Assembly (NCBI GenBank): GCA_963662315.1
Contig: OY759353.1
Span: 1,312,001-1,376,000 of the forward strand
DNA: 64,000 nt
Direction: 5' to 3'
Source: Geopsychrobacteraceae bacterium
GTDB lineage: Bacteria > Desulfobacterota > Desulfuromonadia > Desulfuromonadales > Geopsychrobacteraceae
A program made the translations under genes and the position numbers. Below the pieces are notes generated by a model, which did no database searches, was not told the origin of the DNA, and was given only the letters and a program-made list of their open reading frames with translations. Below are positions 1 through 9,355 of the stretch, piece after piece. How positions within the stretch are numbered: position 1 is the first letter of the stretch; each line of letters begins with the position of its first letter.

Positions 1-382
1 GGACCACGACCTGCTGATCGGTCTTTTTCAATTCAACCAGCTTGGCAAATATCGCTAAACACAGCTGCTGGAGTGTCGCCTCGGCATCGGTCTGCAGCCC
101 CAGCTCAGAGCTTATCGCCTGGTACAGCTCCAAAGGCGTCAGTAAAGGGTTGGGTAGATAGGCGATAACACAATCATTCTCAAGCACCTTGATAACCTGC
201 CGGCACAGAAGGGTCTTTCCCGTACCGACCTCGCCACTGACCCGCATGAAACCTTCACCATTGCGCAAGGCCACCAGCAGCACATTCAACGCCTCCTGAT
301 GCCCGCTGAACCGATAAAGGTATTCCGTATCAGGAGTCAGCGAAAAAGGCTTTTCTTTAAGGCCAAAAAACGTTTCATACAT
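1..382 (-). CDS. mshM: MSHA biogenesis AAA ATPase, ExeA/MshM family (3' end cut by window edge)
   Basis: Not in the ORF track. Hand translation from ATG 382 gives MYETFFGLKEKPFSLTPDTEYLY...GEVGTGKT, an ExeA-type N-terminus plus Walker A. Lies directly after mshL. Confidence 0.88.
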   Translation of the reverse strand, partial: MYETFFGLKEKPFSLTPDTEYLYRFSGHQEALNVLLVALRNGEGFMRVSGEVGTGKTLLCRQVIKVLENDCVIAYLPNPLLTPLELYQAISSELGLQTDAEATLQQLCLAIFAKLVELKKTDQQVVV

Positions 383-406
383 GCGCTATTCGCACCTGAG
401 TAAGTA

Positions 407-2131
407 TTAAAATGAGCGCCACTGTTGTTGAAGTTCCGGCGCCAATTTCTGAATCCGTTGACGCGTTGCATCCAGATGACTATTCCACCCCTGTTGATCT
501 GAAATCACCTGAGGCCTTAACAGGATTACCAGCTCACTTTTTCTTGATGAGGTTTGATTGTGACGAAACAAGGCCCCCAGCCCGGGTAGCTTGCTGAGCA
601 GCGGTACCCCGGCTTCATCCTGGGTTGAATTCTCCTGCATCAGACCGCCGATGACGACCAGTTGGCCGCTGCTGGCATGGACAATACTGTCAGATTCACG
701 CACCGTGCTGTACGCAAGTGGAATCGTCTGCTCGCTGCCAAACACATTGATTTCTTTAGTCTGATCAACAACTTCGCTGACCGTCGGATGCACATGCAGG
801 GTAATCTGGTTATCCCCATCAATCTGAGGCGTTACATCGAGAGCGATCCCTGAAAAGAACGGGGTCAGAGTAATATCATTAGAGGTTGTTGTCGTGGTCC
901 CGGAATTAGTATCACTGGAAATATCGGTCACGAAAAATTCATCCGACCCAACCTTGATGACCGCTTTCTGATTATTTACGGTAGAAATTCGCGGGCTTGA
1001 TAAAACCTGAACATCCCCCTGGCTTTCCAGCATTTCAACAAAAGCCTGAAAATCGTTGAAGTTAAGCGCCATCCCAAAGACACCGCCAAAAGAAGAGGTG
1101 TCAACAATGCTAGCCAGGCCAGCGTTGGCAACGGCATTAAGATCGGTAGTATTAACACTGTTGCCAGAGGCACCTCTGCCAAAAATCGTGCCCCCGCCTG
1201 ACTGCCCGGCCAAAATACCTTTACCACTGGCTGTTTTGCCCAGAGCAGCCCAGTTAATACCACTTTGAAAGCCATCCGAAAGAGTGACTTCGACAACTTT
1301 TGCCTCAATCAGAACCTGGCGTTGCAAATTCGCCTGAATCGTATGCAGATAGTCTTCGACCAAGCGTAATTCATCAGGCATCGCAACGACTACGACAACA
1401 CTGGCCTGAGGTTGAACAACCACCCTCCGCCCTTCTCCACTACCGACCAGGCTCTGGACAGCGGTACGCAGCTCACTCCAGAAATCGGCCACAGATTCAG
1501 TATCTATCTGACTGCCGGATGCCGCATCTGTCCGTTCGGAACTTTTACGTCCACCGTCACCCTTGGAATCACTGGTATCTGCCTGAGTTATCTGCCCGGA
1601 ACTAACCCGTGTCTGACTGGCGCCTTTGCGCACCAGATTAAGGTAATTGACCTGAAAAGTACGCGCCTGCAAACCTGCAGGCATAACCTGATAAATTGAT
1701 CCGGTCTTGGTAAACGAATACCCATAGACGTTATGGATAACCTGCAGGACCTCGTCAATCGTGGTGTTTTTCAGATCAACACTGATTTCACCCGACACAT
1801 CAGGATGCACAACCATATTCATCGGACTGCCGGCTACCAGTCCCATAAAAAATTCACGGGCGGCAACTTTGGACGCAGCAATATCAAAACGTTCAGCTTC
1901 AGGAGCAACCACCCCCAACTGAGGTTCTGGAATAAGAGCGGCACTGATCGATGGTGGTGGAGCGATCGATGCTGGCAACGCAGGAGCCTCACTGTTACTC
2001 GTCTGCAGCGATTGTTCGATAGCAGCCTGAGGGGTACCACCACGCGGAACAGGAGCGCAGGCCGAAACCAGGGACATGATGCCAAGCAGCGCCATAACAG
2101 CCGGTCTTTTACAATTGAATTTATGACTCAC
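407..2131 (-). CDS. mshL: MSHA-type secretin (lipoprotein)
   Basis: Lipobox VSAC; STN/N domains; secretin motifs QVLIEAKVVEV, LSSPRISTVNNQKAVIKVG, TPFFSGIALDVTPQI, VPLLSKLPGLGALF. Confidence 0.92.
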   Translation of the reverse strand: MSHKFNCKRPAVMALLGIMSLVSACAPVPRGGTPQAAIEQSLQTSNSEAPALPASIAPPPSISAALIPEPQLGVVAPEAERFDIAASKVAAREFFMGLVAGSPMNMVVHPDVSGEISVDLKNTTIDEVLQVIHNVYGYSFTKTGSIYQVMPAGLQARTFQVNYLNLVRKGASQTRVSSGQITQADTSDSKGDGGRKSSERTDAASGSQIDTESVADFWSELRTAVQSLVGSGEGRRVVVQPQASVVVVVAMPDELRLVEDYLHTIQANLQRQVLIEAKVVEVTLSDGFQSGINWAALGKTASGKGILAGQSGGGTIFGRGASGNSVNTTDLNAVANAGLASIVDTSSFGGVFGMALNFNDFQAFVEMLESQGDVQVLSSPRISTVNNQKAVIKVGSDEFFVTDISSDTNSGTTTTTSNDITLTPFFSGIALDVTPQIDGDNQITLHVHPTVSEVVDQTKEINVFGSEQTIPLAYSTVRESDSIVHASSGQLVVIGGLMQENSTQDEAGVPLLSKLPGLGALFRHNQTSSRKSELVILLRPQVISDQQGWNSHLDATRQRIQKLAPELQQQWRSF

Positions 2132-2493
2132 TTCCCGTTCCCTTCTGTAGCAGATTTTTTTCTTAGTCCGGTTCCTTCGCGGGTTAATACGATCTCCCTC
2201 TGCCCCTTCCTCAACACCACACGATCAGCTTTGATACTGGTCAGGCGAAAGCCCTGCAGATAATCCCCCTCTTTAAGCGCCTGCCCGTTTACCAATGCCA
2301 CTGTACGCGATGCAGAGGACAGTACGGCTGACAATGTCCAGCCACTTGTGTCGACAGGCGGTGGAGCAACCTGCTTCTTAACCTTCTCAGGGTGATAATT
2401 CAGTGGCCGTAGCGGGTCACTGAATGTCTCTGCCGCCACGGACAAACCTCCGAGCAGAGAAAAAACCAATAAACATAGGAAAAAAACGCGCAT
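2128..2493 (-). CDS. mshK: MSHA biogenesis protein MshK-like
   Basis: Signal peptide, DPLRP motif, LSAVL...ALVNG...EGD; position between mshJ and mshL. Start is ATG 2493 or the ORF-track start at 2505. Confidence 0.75.
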   Translation of the reverse strand: MRVFFLCLLVFSLLGGLSVAAETFSDPLRPLNYHPEKVKKQVAPPPVDTSGWTLSAVLSSASRTVALVNGQALKEGDYLQGFRLTSIKADRVVLRKGQREIVLTREGTGLRKKSATEGNGK

Positions 2494-2494
2494 A

Positions 2495-3145
2495 TCAACC
2501 ACCAATCCACCCCTCAGTCAGGCTAAGGGTATAAACCTGCATATGTATAAATGCCTTCGGGTAATCCTCGGTTTCAATTTCAACAGTCTCCCAAACCACT
2601 GAACGGGGCAGATTCTGTAATTGCGCAAGGTAATCAAGTAAAGCACGATAGTTCCCGGAAAGTTCCATTTCAAGGCGATGCTTATAAAGTTTAGGGCGCT
2701 CCTTGTTATTATCAGCAGCACCCAGATCCACCAGAGCCGGGCTGAGATTTCGCAGACTGACTAAGGTCAAGGATTTTTGCTGTCCCAGCAGATCTTTTAA
2801 AAGCGGAACCATCTGCTGAGGAGAAACCAGGTTGGCAATATTGCTTTCAAGTTGCTGCTGTAATCGATTTAATTCAGATTGCAGTTGATCAATACGTTGT
2901 CGTTGCTTCTGATCAGGATCTGTCTGACGGCGCGCCAGAATGATTGTTTCCTGGCTGGCAAGATCGGCCATGCTCTGCTGAATTTCAGCTAATTGCCGAT
3001 TGACTTCATGCTGCCGCTTAAGTTGAGGGTCAATAATTAAAAGATAACTTACCAGAATCAAGACCATGGCCAAAGCCAGGGCCACGATTATCCGTTCGCG
3101 CAACGTCCGGCTATTAAACCAGTTACAAAGGGAGGCTCTCTGCAT
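2495..3145 (-). CDS. mshJ: MSHA biogenesis protein MshJ (PilO/GspM-like)
   Basis: N-terminal RER plus TM helix, coiled coil, LVSPQQM and LYKHRLEMELSGNY...YTLSL motifs. Confidence 0.85.
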   Translation of the reverse strand: MQRASLCNWFNSRTLRERIIVALALAMVLILVSYLLIIDPQLKRQHEVNRQLAEIQQSMADLASQETIILARRQTDPDQKQRQRIDQLQSELNRLQQQLESNIANLVSPQQMVPLLKDLLGQQKSLTLVSLRNLSPALVDLGAADNNKERPKLYKHRLEMELSGNYRALLDYLAQLQNLPRSVVWETVEIETEDYPKAFIHMQVYTLSLTEGWIGG

Positions 3146-3747
3146 TATTTGCTCCCATCCGCACTTAAAATAAAGTTGACTGCTTGTTTCGATTCAGCAG
3201 AACGGGCAATCGTTAAACCATCAAAAACAGCTCCGCCAAAAACATGATTTTCACCAAGAAGAGCAACAAATTCAGGAATCTTTAGCTCGTTAAGAGCAGA
3301 ACCAGCCAGAGTAACCTGCTGGCCTTGGTCTGCCAGGGCAACCCGGGTCAGCCACAACCCTGTAACTTGCTTATGAGCTAATCCCTGTAAGGACCTGAGA
3401 ATAAAATCGTTAGCAGTGCCTTGCTGGTTGGCAAAAAAACTCAGGGCTTCTTTCTGCCCGATCAATTGTTGTTCGAGATGTTCAATTTTTTCAGTCATCA
3501 GCGGATTTGGCTGTCGCTCAGGAAATTGAGCCTGAAGTTCAGCAACCTGGGCCCGCTTGTCCACCTCGTGCTGCCGGGCACTATCCAGATGGCTTAACGC
3601 ATTAGAGGTGCGCCAATAGCTGTAACCACAAGCACTACCAGCAACAACCACGACCAGAAAAATAACTTTTACTGCCATGGAGAATGGAAACGGGGCAGGC
3701 TTATCGATCAGGATATCCTGATAAAGATTAATGTCCTGACTCATCAA
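3145..3747 (-). CDS. MSHA biogenesis protein MshI2 (PilN-like)
   Basis: QDINLY N-terminal motif, TM helix, coiled coil, GLWLT...LAGSA PilN domain. Confidence 0.8.
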   Translation of the reverse strand: MMSQDINLYQDILIDKPAPFPFSMAVKVIFLVVVVAGSACGYSYWRTSNALSHLDSARQHEVDKRAQVAELQAQFPERQPNPLMTEKIEHLEQQLIGQKEALSFFANQQGTANDFILRSLQGLAHKQVTGLWLTRVALADQGQQVTLAGSALNELKIPEFVALLGENHVFGGAVFDGLTIARSAESKQAVNFILSADGSK

Positions 3748-4688
3748 AGCAGCTCCCGGCGCATCGCGCCACCGATAGCAAGCAATACCCGGTTAAGATC
3801 CGTCTCAGCAAGACCTGTAGGAATTTCAACAAAATCTGCTGGCCGGAAGGACTCCACCCTGGTCGCCAGATATTCATTCAAATAGTGGCAGATTGCGGGT
3901 ATTTCTGTACCACATTGTGCCACCAGCAACCGCGACACCATAGGTAACAGAAAAGTACTCTCACAGAAATCGAAAGAGCGTTGAACTTCCAGAACGATAG
4001 CATCGAGCTGTTCAGACAGTGCTTCGTAATCACCCTCAGCGTAAGGCTCCAGGTCTTTCATACCAATACCGAATGAACGCGCCAGATATAATTGTCCATC
4101 CCGAACGATAGCCAACATCCCCTCGCTGGCGGCTAACCACAACAACGCAGTGCCACGCTCATCATTAACGCAGCAGCGACACAGATTACGTAGCGAAAAT
4201 TCAGGGATATCAATGGCTGTCAAAGACAATCCAGCATCTTTAAACAACTGGACATAATATTTCAGCGCTGAAGCTCGTGAAGCAACGACATAATTAAGTG
4301 TTTTCCGATCCCCGGCAAAAGGAGCAACGTCAAACACATCAACAACTGCTTCCGCAGAAGGATAATCAAGATTATCCCTGATCTGCCAGCGTGCTGCATC
4401 ACGCTGGTCAGCACCATCAAGGCCATCAAGATCAGCTTGGAACAATTGATAAGAATTCGGTATGAGAATAACACTGCATGGGTATTGGGCAAGATCATAC
4501 TTACGCAGCACCACCTGCAACCAAGAGGCATGAGCTGAACGTCCTTCAAAATTACAGGATTCAGCAAAGATAATGGCAGGCTTCTGGCCGGACTGATAAC
4601 GCATACCGACAATACAACCCTGCTCCTTTGACAGCATAACTGCAACCCGTGCATCTGCAGATTGACGTTTTTTCTTGAACAGAGCCAG
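3744..4688 (-). CDS. mshI: MSHA biogenesis protein MshI1 (PilM-like); probable CTG start at 4688 (first ATG at 4637)
   Basis: YQL, AARWQIRD, AIDIPEFSLRNL and LEVQRSFD motifs. The frame stays open upstream to a CTG preceded by GGGAGG. Confidence 0.8.
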   Translation of the reverse strand: MALFKKKRQSADARVAVMLSKEQGCIVGMRYQSGQKPAIIFAESCNFEGRSAHASWLQVVLRKYDLAQYPCSVILIPNSYQLFQADLDGLDGADQRDAARWQIRDNLDYPSAEAVVDVFDVAPFAGDRKTLNYVVASRASALKYYVQLFKDAGLSLTAIDIPEFSLRNLCRCCVNDERGTALLWLAASEGMLAIVRDGQLYLARSFGIGMKDLEPYAEGDYEALSEQLDAIVLEVQRSFDFCESTFLLPMVSRLLVAQCGTEIPAICHYLNEYLATRVESFRPADFVEIPTGLAETDLNRVLLAIGGAMRRELL

Positions 4689-4716
4689 AACAGCCTCCCA
4701 TGCATTCTTTAATGAT

Positions 4717-4733
4717 CGCTAATATTATGCCAA
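4717..4733 (-). promoter_or_regulatory. sigma54 (-24/-12) promoter of the msh operon
   Basis: Minus strand reads TTGGCATAATATTAGCG, i.e. GG-N10-GC, just upstream of the mshI RBS. Confidence 0.65.
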
Positions 4734-4763
4734 ATTAAACCTTATTATCCCTTAAGAATCAAC

Positions 4764-4792
4764 AAAAAAAAGGTAGCCGAAGCTACCTTTTT
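4764..4792 (-). terminator. Intrinsic terminator after ahpC
   Basis: A-run, AGGTAGC-cgaa-GCTACCT hairpin, then T-run. Confidence 0.8.
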
Positions 4793-4838
4793 AATAGAAA
4801 TTTTACGATTTTAACTTTTGTTTATAGTGTTTAATCAA

Positions 4839-5441
4839 CTAGAGATTAGATGATTCTGACGCCAAATAGGACGCAACCCCTGCCCCATCTGCAACCATAC
4901 CTTTATCCCCCTGAGTCCACCCAGCAGGACAGACCTCGCCATATTTTTCGTGAAACTGTAATGCATCGACCATACGCAACATTTCATCAATATTCCGGCC
5001 CAAGGGCAAATCATTGACAACCTGATGTCTTACCACACCAGACTGATCGATCAGAAAGGAGCCACGCAACGCCACTCCGGCAGGATCAAGTTCAACATCA
5101 TAAGCTTTACAAATTTCATGTTTAACATCTGCAACCAGCGGATATTTTACCGGGCCGATCCCGCCTTCGGCAACCGGAGTATTACGCCAGGCCAGATGCG
5201 TAAACTGAGAGTCAATGGAGCATCCAATAACCTGAACATCGCGCTTTTCAAACTCAGCAATCCGATTACTGAAAGCAATCAGTTCGGTTGGACAGACAAA
5301 AGTAAAATCGAGGGGATAGAAAAACAGGACAATATATTTACCCTTGTAGTCAGACAGGGAAAAAACATCATTAATTGAACCGTCAGCCATGGCTGCAGCA
5401 GCAGTAAAGTTGGGGGCTTCTTTTCCGACCAGTACACTCAT
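4839..5441 (-). CDS. ahpC: Typical 2-Cys peroxiredoxin (AhpC/Tsa)
   Basis: FYPLDFTFVCPTE (peroxidatic Cys) and EVCPAGW (resolving Cys). ATG 5441 follows GAGGAG. Confidence 0.95.
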   Translation of the reverse strand: MSVLVGKEAPNFTAAAAMADGSINDVFSLSDYKGKYIVLFFYPLDFTFVCPTELIAFSNRIAEFEKRDVQVIGCSIDSQFTHLAWRNTPVAEGGIGPVKYPLVADVKHEICKAYDVELDPAGVALRGSFLIDQSGVVRHQVVNDLPLGRNIDEMLRMVDALQFHEKYGEVCPAGWTQGDKGMVADGAGVASYLASESSNL

Positions 5442-5529
5442 TTTCAAAAACTCCTCTCAATAGATGACGTTATAAGTAAGATTTACATGCAGTCTACAGA
5501 AATGACCAATACAGTCAAGCAAAAGATGA

Positions 5530-6432
5530 CTATTTTTGTTTTACTTTCTTACTGCGCGGATGCGCCTTGTCATAGACATCGGTCAGGTGAGAAAAGCTGA
5601 CCTTCGTGTAACGCTGAGTCGTTGAAAGCGAAGCATGGCCAAGCAACTCCTGAATTGCCCTTAAATCGGCCCCGGCATCAAGCAAATGGGTGGCAAACGA
5701 ATGACGCAGAGCGTGAGGCGTCACATCAGCCGGAAGGCCAAGCTGCTGCAAACGCAGCTTAAGATTACGCTGGACACTGCGAACCGTCATGCGCTGCCCA
5801 CGATGATTGAGGAATACGGCAGAAACTTCGCTTCGACCCCGCTCATCAAGATATTGACATAAGGCGCTCATAGCGGCACGGCCAACAGGAAGCAGTCTCT
5901 CTTTACGTCCTTTTCCCACAACACGTACCAAAGCGTTGGGAAAATCGAAAGAATCCTTATCAAGGCTGACGGCTTCACTAACCCGTAAACCGCAGGAATA
6001 GATCATTTCAAACAAGGCAAGATCGCGCAGCAATAACAGTCGGTTACCGGTACCAGGCTGATCCAGAAAAGTCGTCATCTGGTCAACGCTTAACACTTTG
6101 GGAAGGAATTGCTCGCGCTTGGGTGACGCTAGAGCATCTGCTGGAGACACCTGAATAACACCTTCGCGAACGGCAAAACGGAAGAACACTCTGACTGAAG
6201 ACAATTTACGGGCGATACTGGTCCGGCTATTGGTTTTATGCAGGCCAGCAAGAAACTGCCTTAACACCAGAATATCAACGGCAGCGATATCCTGTTCCAT
6301 AGTCAGCCCGCCCCCCCTGCTGGTCAAAAAAGCCGCCAGTTCTTGTAAATCGCGCATATAGGCACTAACCGTCCGCTCAGACAAATTACGTTCCGTGTCA
6401 AGATACTGTCTAAACCTTTTCAGATAATCCAT
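5530..6432 (-). CDS. xerC: Tyrosine recombinase XerC
   Basis: 300 aa; GLRVSE, GKGRKER, TPHALRHSFATHLL, LLGHASLSTTQRY, YDKAHPR. Confidence 0.9.
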   Translation of the reverse strand: MDYLKRFRQYLDTERNLSERTVSAYMRDLQELAAFLTSRGGGLTMEQDIAAVDILVLRQFLAGLHKTNSRTSIARKLSSVRVFFRFAVREGVIQVSPADALASPKREQFLPKVLSVDQMTTFLDQPGTGNRLLLLRDLALFEMIYSCGLRVSEAVSLDKDSFDFPNALVRVVGKGRKERLLPVGRAAMSALCQYLDERGRSEVSAVFLNHRGQRMTVRSVQRNLKLRLQQLGLPADVTPHALRHSFATHLLDAGADLRAIQELLGHASLSTTQRYTKVSFSHLTDVYDKAHPRSKKVKQK

Positions 6433-6555
6433 GAGATTCCTTTATCCAGGCACTGACCAATGTCCCATCAATTGACGATACGCTTCTCCCGTGGCATACT
6501 TCAGAGCGTTATCAGATTTTTCACCGCATTCAACGGAAAAGAAAACCAGTGACCT

Positions 6556-7410
6556 ATGGGCTACTTAATACTGATCCTTAAAGTTATACTGATCCTCTTT
6601 GTTGTCTTTTTGTTTATCGATTTTCTGACAGTACTCCTCACCTATTGCATCTGTTGGTACGAAAAGTCAAACGAGAACCCCAAACTTGTGGATAAACGTT
6701 TTCGTGGTAAAAGCCTGAAGCTCGTCCTCAAATTGATGATTCCCGAGATCATCTTCAACTGCTTTACGGTACTGATGATTCTGCCAGGCATGATCAACAG
6801 AAACACACATTACCTGCAGCGCGGCGAGACTCCGACCATTTTACTTCATGGTCTTTTTGACAATCAGGGTAGCTGGTTCTGGTTTAAATGGCAGCTTAAA
6901 AAATCCGGAATCAAGAACATCGTAACCCTGAACCTGTCATCCTGGCACAACGAAGAAGTATTGACTGAAATTCTGGCGAAAAGAATTGATGAAATCAGAT
7001 TGCAGATCGGTGTCAACAGGGTCAATCTGGTGGGCCATTCCATGGGCGGCATCATAGCCCGCAACTATGTTCAATTACGTGGCGGGGCAGATAAAGTCGA
7101 CAAAATCGTCTGTCTTGGATCTCCGCACCAGGGCTCCAAGCTGGCAACCTTCACCTTTGCCCCCCTCGGCAAAATACTGATCCCGGGAACCGATTTTTTA
7201 AGTCGCCTCAACAGAGCTCCGATTCCGGGTCATATTCGTATGACAAATATCTATTCCAACAAAGACAACATGGTCCAGCCCAATCGCTTTAATCATCTTC
7301 ACTGGGGAACCGCCGTTGAACTTGATGATATGGGGCACACCTCACTGATCTACCGCAAGCCCCCGATTATAGCCACGATTTCAGCACTCAAAGGAGCCCC
7401 TCTGGAATGA
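6556..7410 (+). CDS. Membrane-anchored alpha/beta hydrolase (lipase/esterase-like)
   Basis: N-terminal hydrophobic helix, LLHGL oxyanion motif, GHSMGG nucleophile elbow, GSPHQG, and catalytic D/H candidates near the C-terminus. Confidence 0.85.
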   Translation: MGYLILILKVILILFVVFLFIDFLTVLLTYCICWYEKSNENPKLVDKRFRGKSLKLVLKLMIPEIIFNCFTVLMILPGMINRNTHYLQRGETPTILLHGLFDNQGSWFWFKWQLKKSGIKNIVTLNLSSWHNEEVLTEILAKRIDEIRLQIGVNRVNLVGHSMGGIIARNYVQLRGGADKVDKIVCLGSPHQGSKLATFTFAPLGKILIPGTDFLSRLNRAPIPGHIRMTNIYSNKDNMVQPNRFNHLHWGTAVELDDMGHTSLIYRKPPIIATISALKGAPLE

Positions 7411-7805
7411 ACCGGCAATTGAGCGTCAAAACCAGCAGACACGTTGAATTCTGCGACATCACAGCTCAGATCCGCGAGGTTTTGCGTGAATCAGGCTGCC
7501 GCAACGGCCTGGTGTTCCTGTTTGTTCCTCACACAACTGCAGCAATTACCATCAATGAAAATGCCGACCCGGATGTCGTCAGCGACATGATCAACAGTCT
7601 GGACAAACTGATCCCACTGCAAGACAACTACCGTCATTGTGAAGGGAACAGCGCAGCCCACCTGAAAAGCAGTCTCATCGGCGCCAGCGAAACCATTGCC
7701 ATACACAATGGCATCCTGCAACTGGGGACCTGGCAGGGGATCTATTTTTGCGAGTTTGATGGGCCCCGCTCCCGCGCGCTCAACATAAAAATCATTGAGG
7801 GTTAA
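7407..7805 (+). CDS. yjbQ: YjbQ / UPF0047 family protein
   Basis: PHTTAAITINENADPDV, EGNSAAHLK, LGTWQGIYFCEFDGPR. Confidence 0.92.
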   Translation: MNRQLSVKTSRHVEFCDITAQIREVLRESGCRNGLVFLFVPHTTAAITINENADPDVVSDMINSLDKLIPLQDNYRHCEGNSAAHLKSSLIGASETIAIHNGILQLGTWQGIYFCEFDGPRSRALNIKIIEG

Positions 7806-7815
7806 CAGGCCAGGC

Positions 7816-8970
7816 ATGACAGACTCCAACACTCTCGTTCCACGCGTTTCACTGCAAAAACAATCGGACTACAATAACAACGAAGTCAAGGCAACGATCA
7901 TCAGACTCCTGGACCCACTGGGAGGACTGGAAGCATTTGTCAGCAGTGGCCAAAAAGTCCTGCTGAAGCCAAACCTGTTAGCCGGAAGAGCTCCTGACAA
8001 GGCAGTAACAACTCATCCCGCCGTCGTGCGTGCAGTCGTAGAGCTATGCCTTGATTTGGGTGCACAAGTCGCGCTGGGCGATTCGCCCGGCATCGGCAAT
8101 CTGGAAAACGTTGCCGGTAAAGCAGGGCTTCTTGACATTGTCAAAGATACCGGTATTACCCTTGCGCCTTTTGAAAAATCAGTCCCGCTTGCATCAGCCA
8201 AAGGCACATTTCACAAGCTGGAAGTGGCCCAGGACATCCTTGACGCGGATGTCATCATCAATCTCCCGAAACTGAAAACCCACCAGATGATGGGAATGAC
8301 CTGTGCTGTCAAAAATATGTTTGGCGCCGTTGTTGGCTTAAGAAAACCCCGCCTTCATCTGCAGGCCGGAACCGACAAAGCCTTTTTTGCCCTGATGCTG
8401 CTTGAACTGAGTGAATTGCTGGCACCGACACTGACCATCGTTGATGCCATTGTCGGTATGGAGGGGGAAGGCCCGGGCAGCGGGGACCCGGTGAACATTG
8501 GTGTCCTGCTGGCCGGTACCCACTCCCAGGCGGTTGATACCGTAGCCACAGAACTGTTAGGACTAAAAACCAGTGAAGTATGGACCCAGCTACTGGCGCA
8601 GGAGACAGGGCGTCCCTATACAAGGCTGTCCGAAATCGAGCTGGTCGGGCACCCTCTTGACCAACTAAGGATCAGTAACTTTCGTCCAGCAAAAATGACC
8701 GATATCAACTTTGGCCTGAAAGGCAGCTTGAAGCGTTACCTGAAAAACAGTCTGAGCGCCAGGCCCGAACCCGACCCGCAACAATGTCGACTGTGCAATG
8801 AATGTGTTAAGCTTTGCCCACCTCAGGCTATGAAAATTGAGAATCAGAAACTGAAAATAGACTACGATACCTGTATTCGCTGTTTCTGCTGCCAGGAACT
8901 CTGCCCACACGGAGCCCTACATACAACTCAGGGACTACTACTGAAACTATACACTTTTTTCCACAAATAG
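7816..8970 (+). CDS. DUF362 domain protein with C-terminal 2x[4Fe-4S] ferredoxin domain
   Basis: VLLKPNL, TTHPAVV, INLPKLKTH, AVKNMFG, GMEGEGP; CRLCNEC...CP and CIRCFCC...CP. Confidence 0.88.
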   Translation: MTDSNTLVPRVSLQKQSDYNNNEVKATIIRLLDPLGGLEAFVSSGQKVLLKPNLLAGRAPDKAVTTHPAVVRAVVELCLDLGAQVALGDSPGIGNLENVAGKAGLLDIVKDTGITLAPFEKSVPLASAKGTFHKLEVAQDILDADVIINLPKLKTHQMMGMTCAVKNMFGAVVGLRKPRLHLQAGTDKAFFALMLLELSELLAPTLTIVDAIVGMEGEGPGSGDPVNIGVLLAGTHSQAVDTVATELLGLKTSEVWTQLLAQETGRPYTRLSEIELVGHPLDQLRISNFRPAKMTDINFGLKGSLKRYLKNSLSARPEPDPQQCRLCNECVKLCPPQAMKIENQKLKIDYDTCIRCFCCQELCPHGALHTTQGLLLKLYTFFHK

Positions 8971-8986
8971 AATTATCAAGTATCAC

Positions 8987-9035
8987 AACCCAAAAGAGCC
9001 CCACGCACACTTAATGCCTGGGGCTCTTTTGGGTT
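8987..9035. terminator. Bidirectional terminator-like hairpin between convergent genes
   Basis: Perfect 17-bp inverted repeat AACCCAAAAGAGCCCCA / TGGGGCTCTTTTGGGTT. Confidence 0.75.
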
Positions 9036-9052
9036 AGATTTCAATCCGACGC

Positions 9053-9277
9053 TTAACGAACCTGAACGACTTCTTTAACTTCAGGAATCTTTTCCATCAG
9101 GTTGCGCTCGATACCCATTTTCAGGGTCATGGTTGACATAGGGCAGGATCCACATGCTCCGGTCAGTTTCAGACTGACAACGCCGTCTTCTGAGACATCG
9201 ACAAGTTCAACGTCCCCACCATCTGCCTGCAGTGCTGGTCTGATCATATCTAAAACTTCAGCAACGCGTTCTTTCAT
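9053..9277 (-). CDS. NifU/NfuA C-terminal domain Fe-S carrier
   Basis: [15 protein letters not shown] and [14 protein letters not shown]. Confidence 0.93.
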   Translation of the reverse strand: MKERVAEVLDMIRPALQADGGDVELVDVSEDGVVSLKLTGACGSCPMSTMTLKMGIERNLMEKIPEVKEVVQVR

Positions 9278-9355
9278 CTGTTGTTTCCTCCGTGTTAATA
9301 ATTGAGTTTACTGGTTAAGTATAGCCATATTTGCTCTTGCCAGGCAAGCAAGAAG

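Noticed and set aside
4262..4705. 147-aa ORF starting right at the msh promoter
   Set aside because: Out-of-frame overlap with mshI and an implausible, Cys/Leu-rich sequence.
5530..6432. Tyrosine recombinase as a phage/island integrase
   Set aside because: Size and motifs are those of chromosomal XerC, the neighbours are housekeeping genes, and no att repeats were seen.
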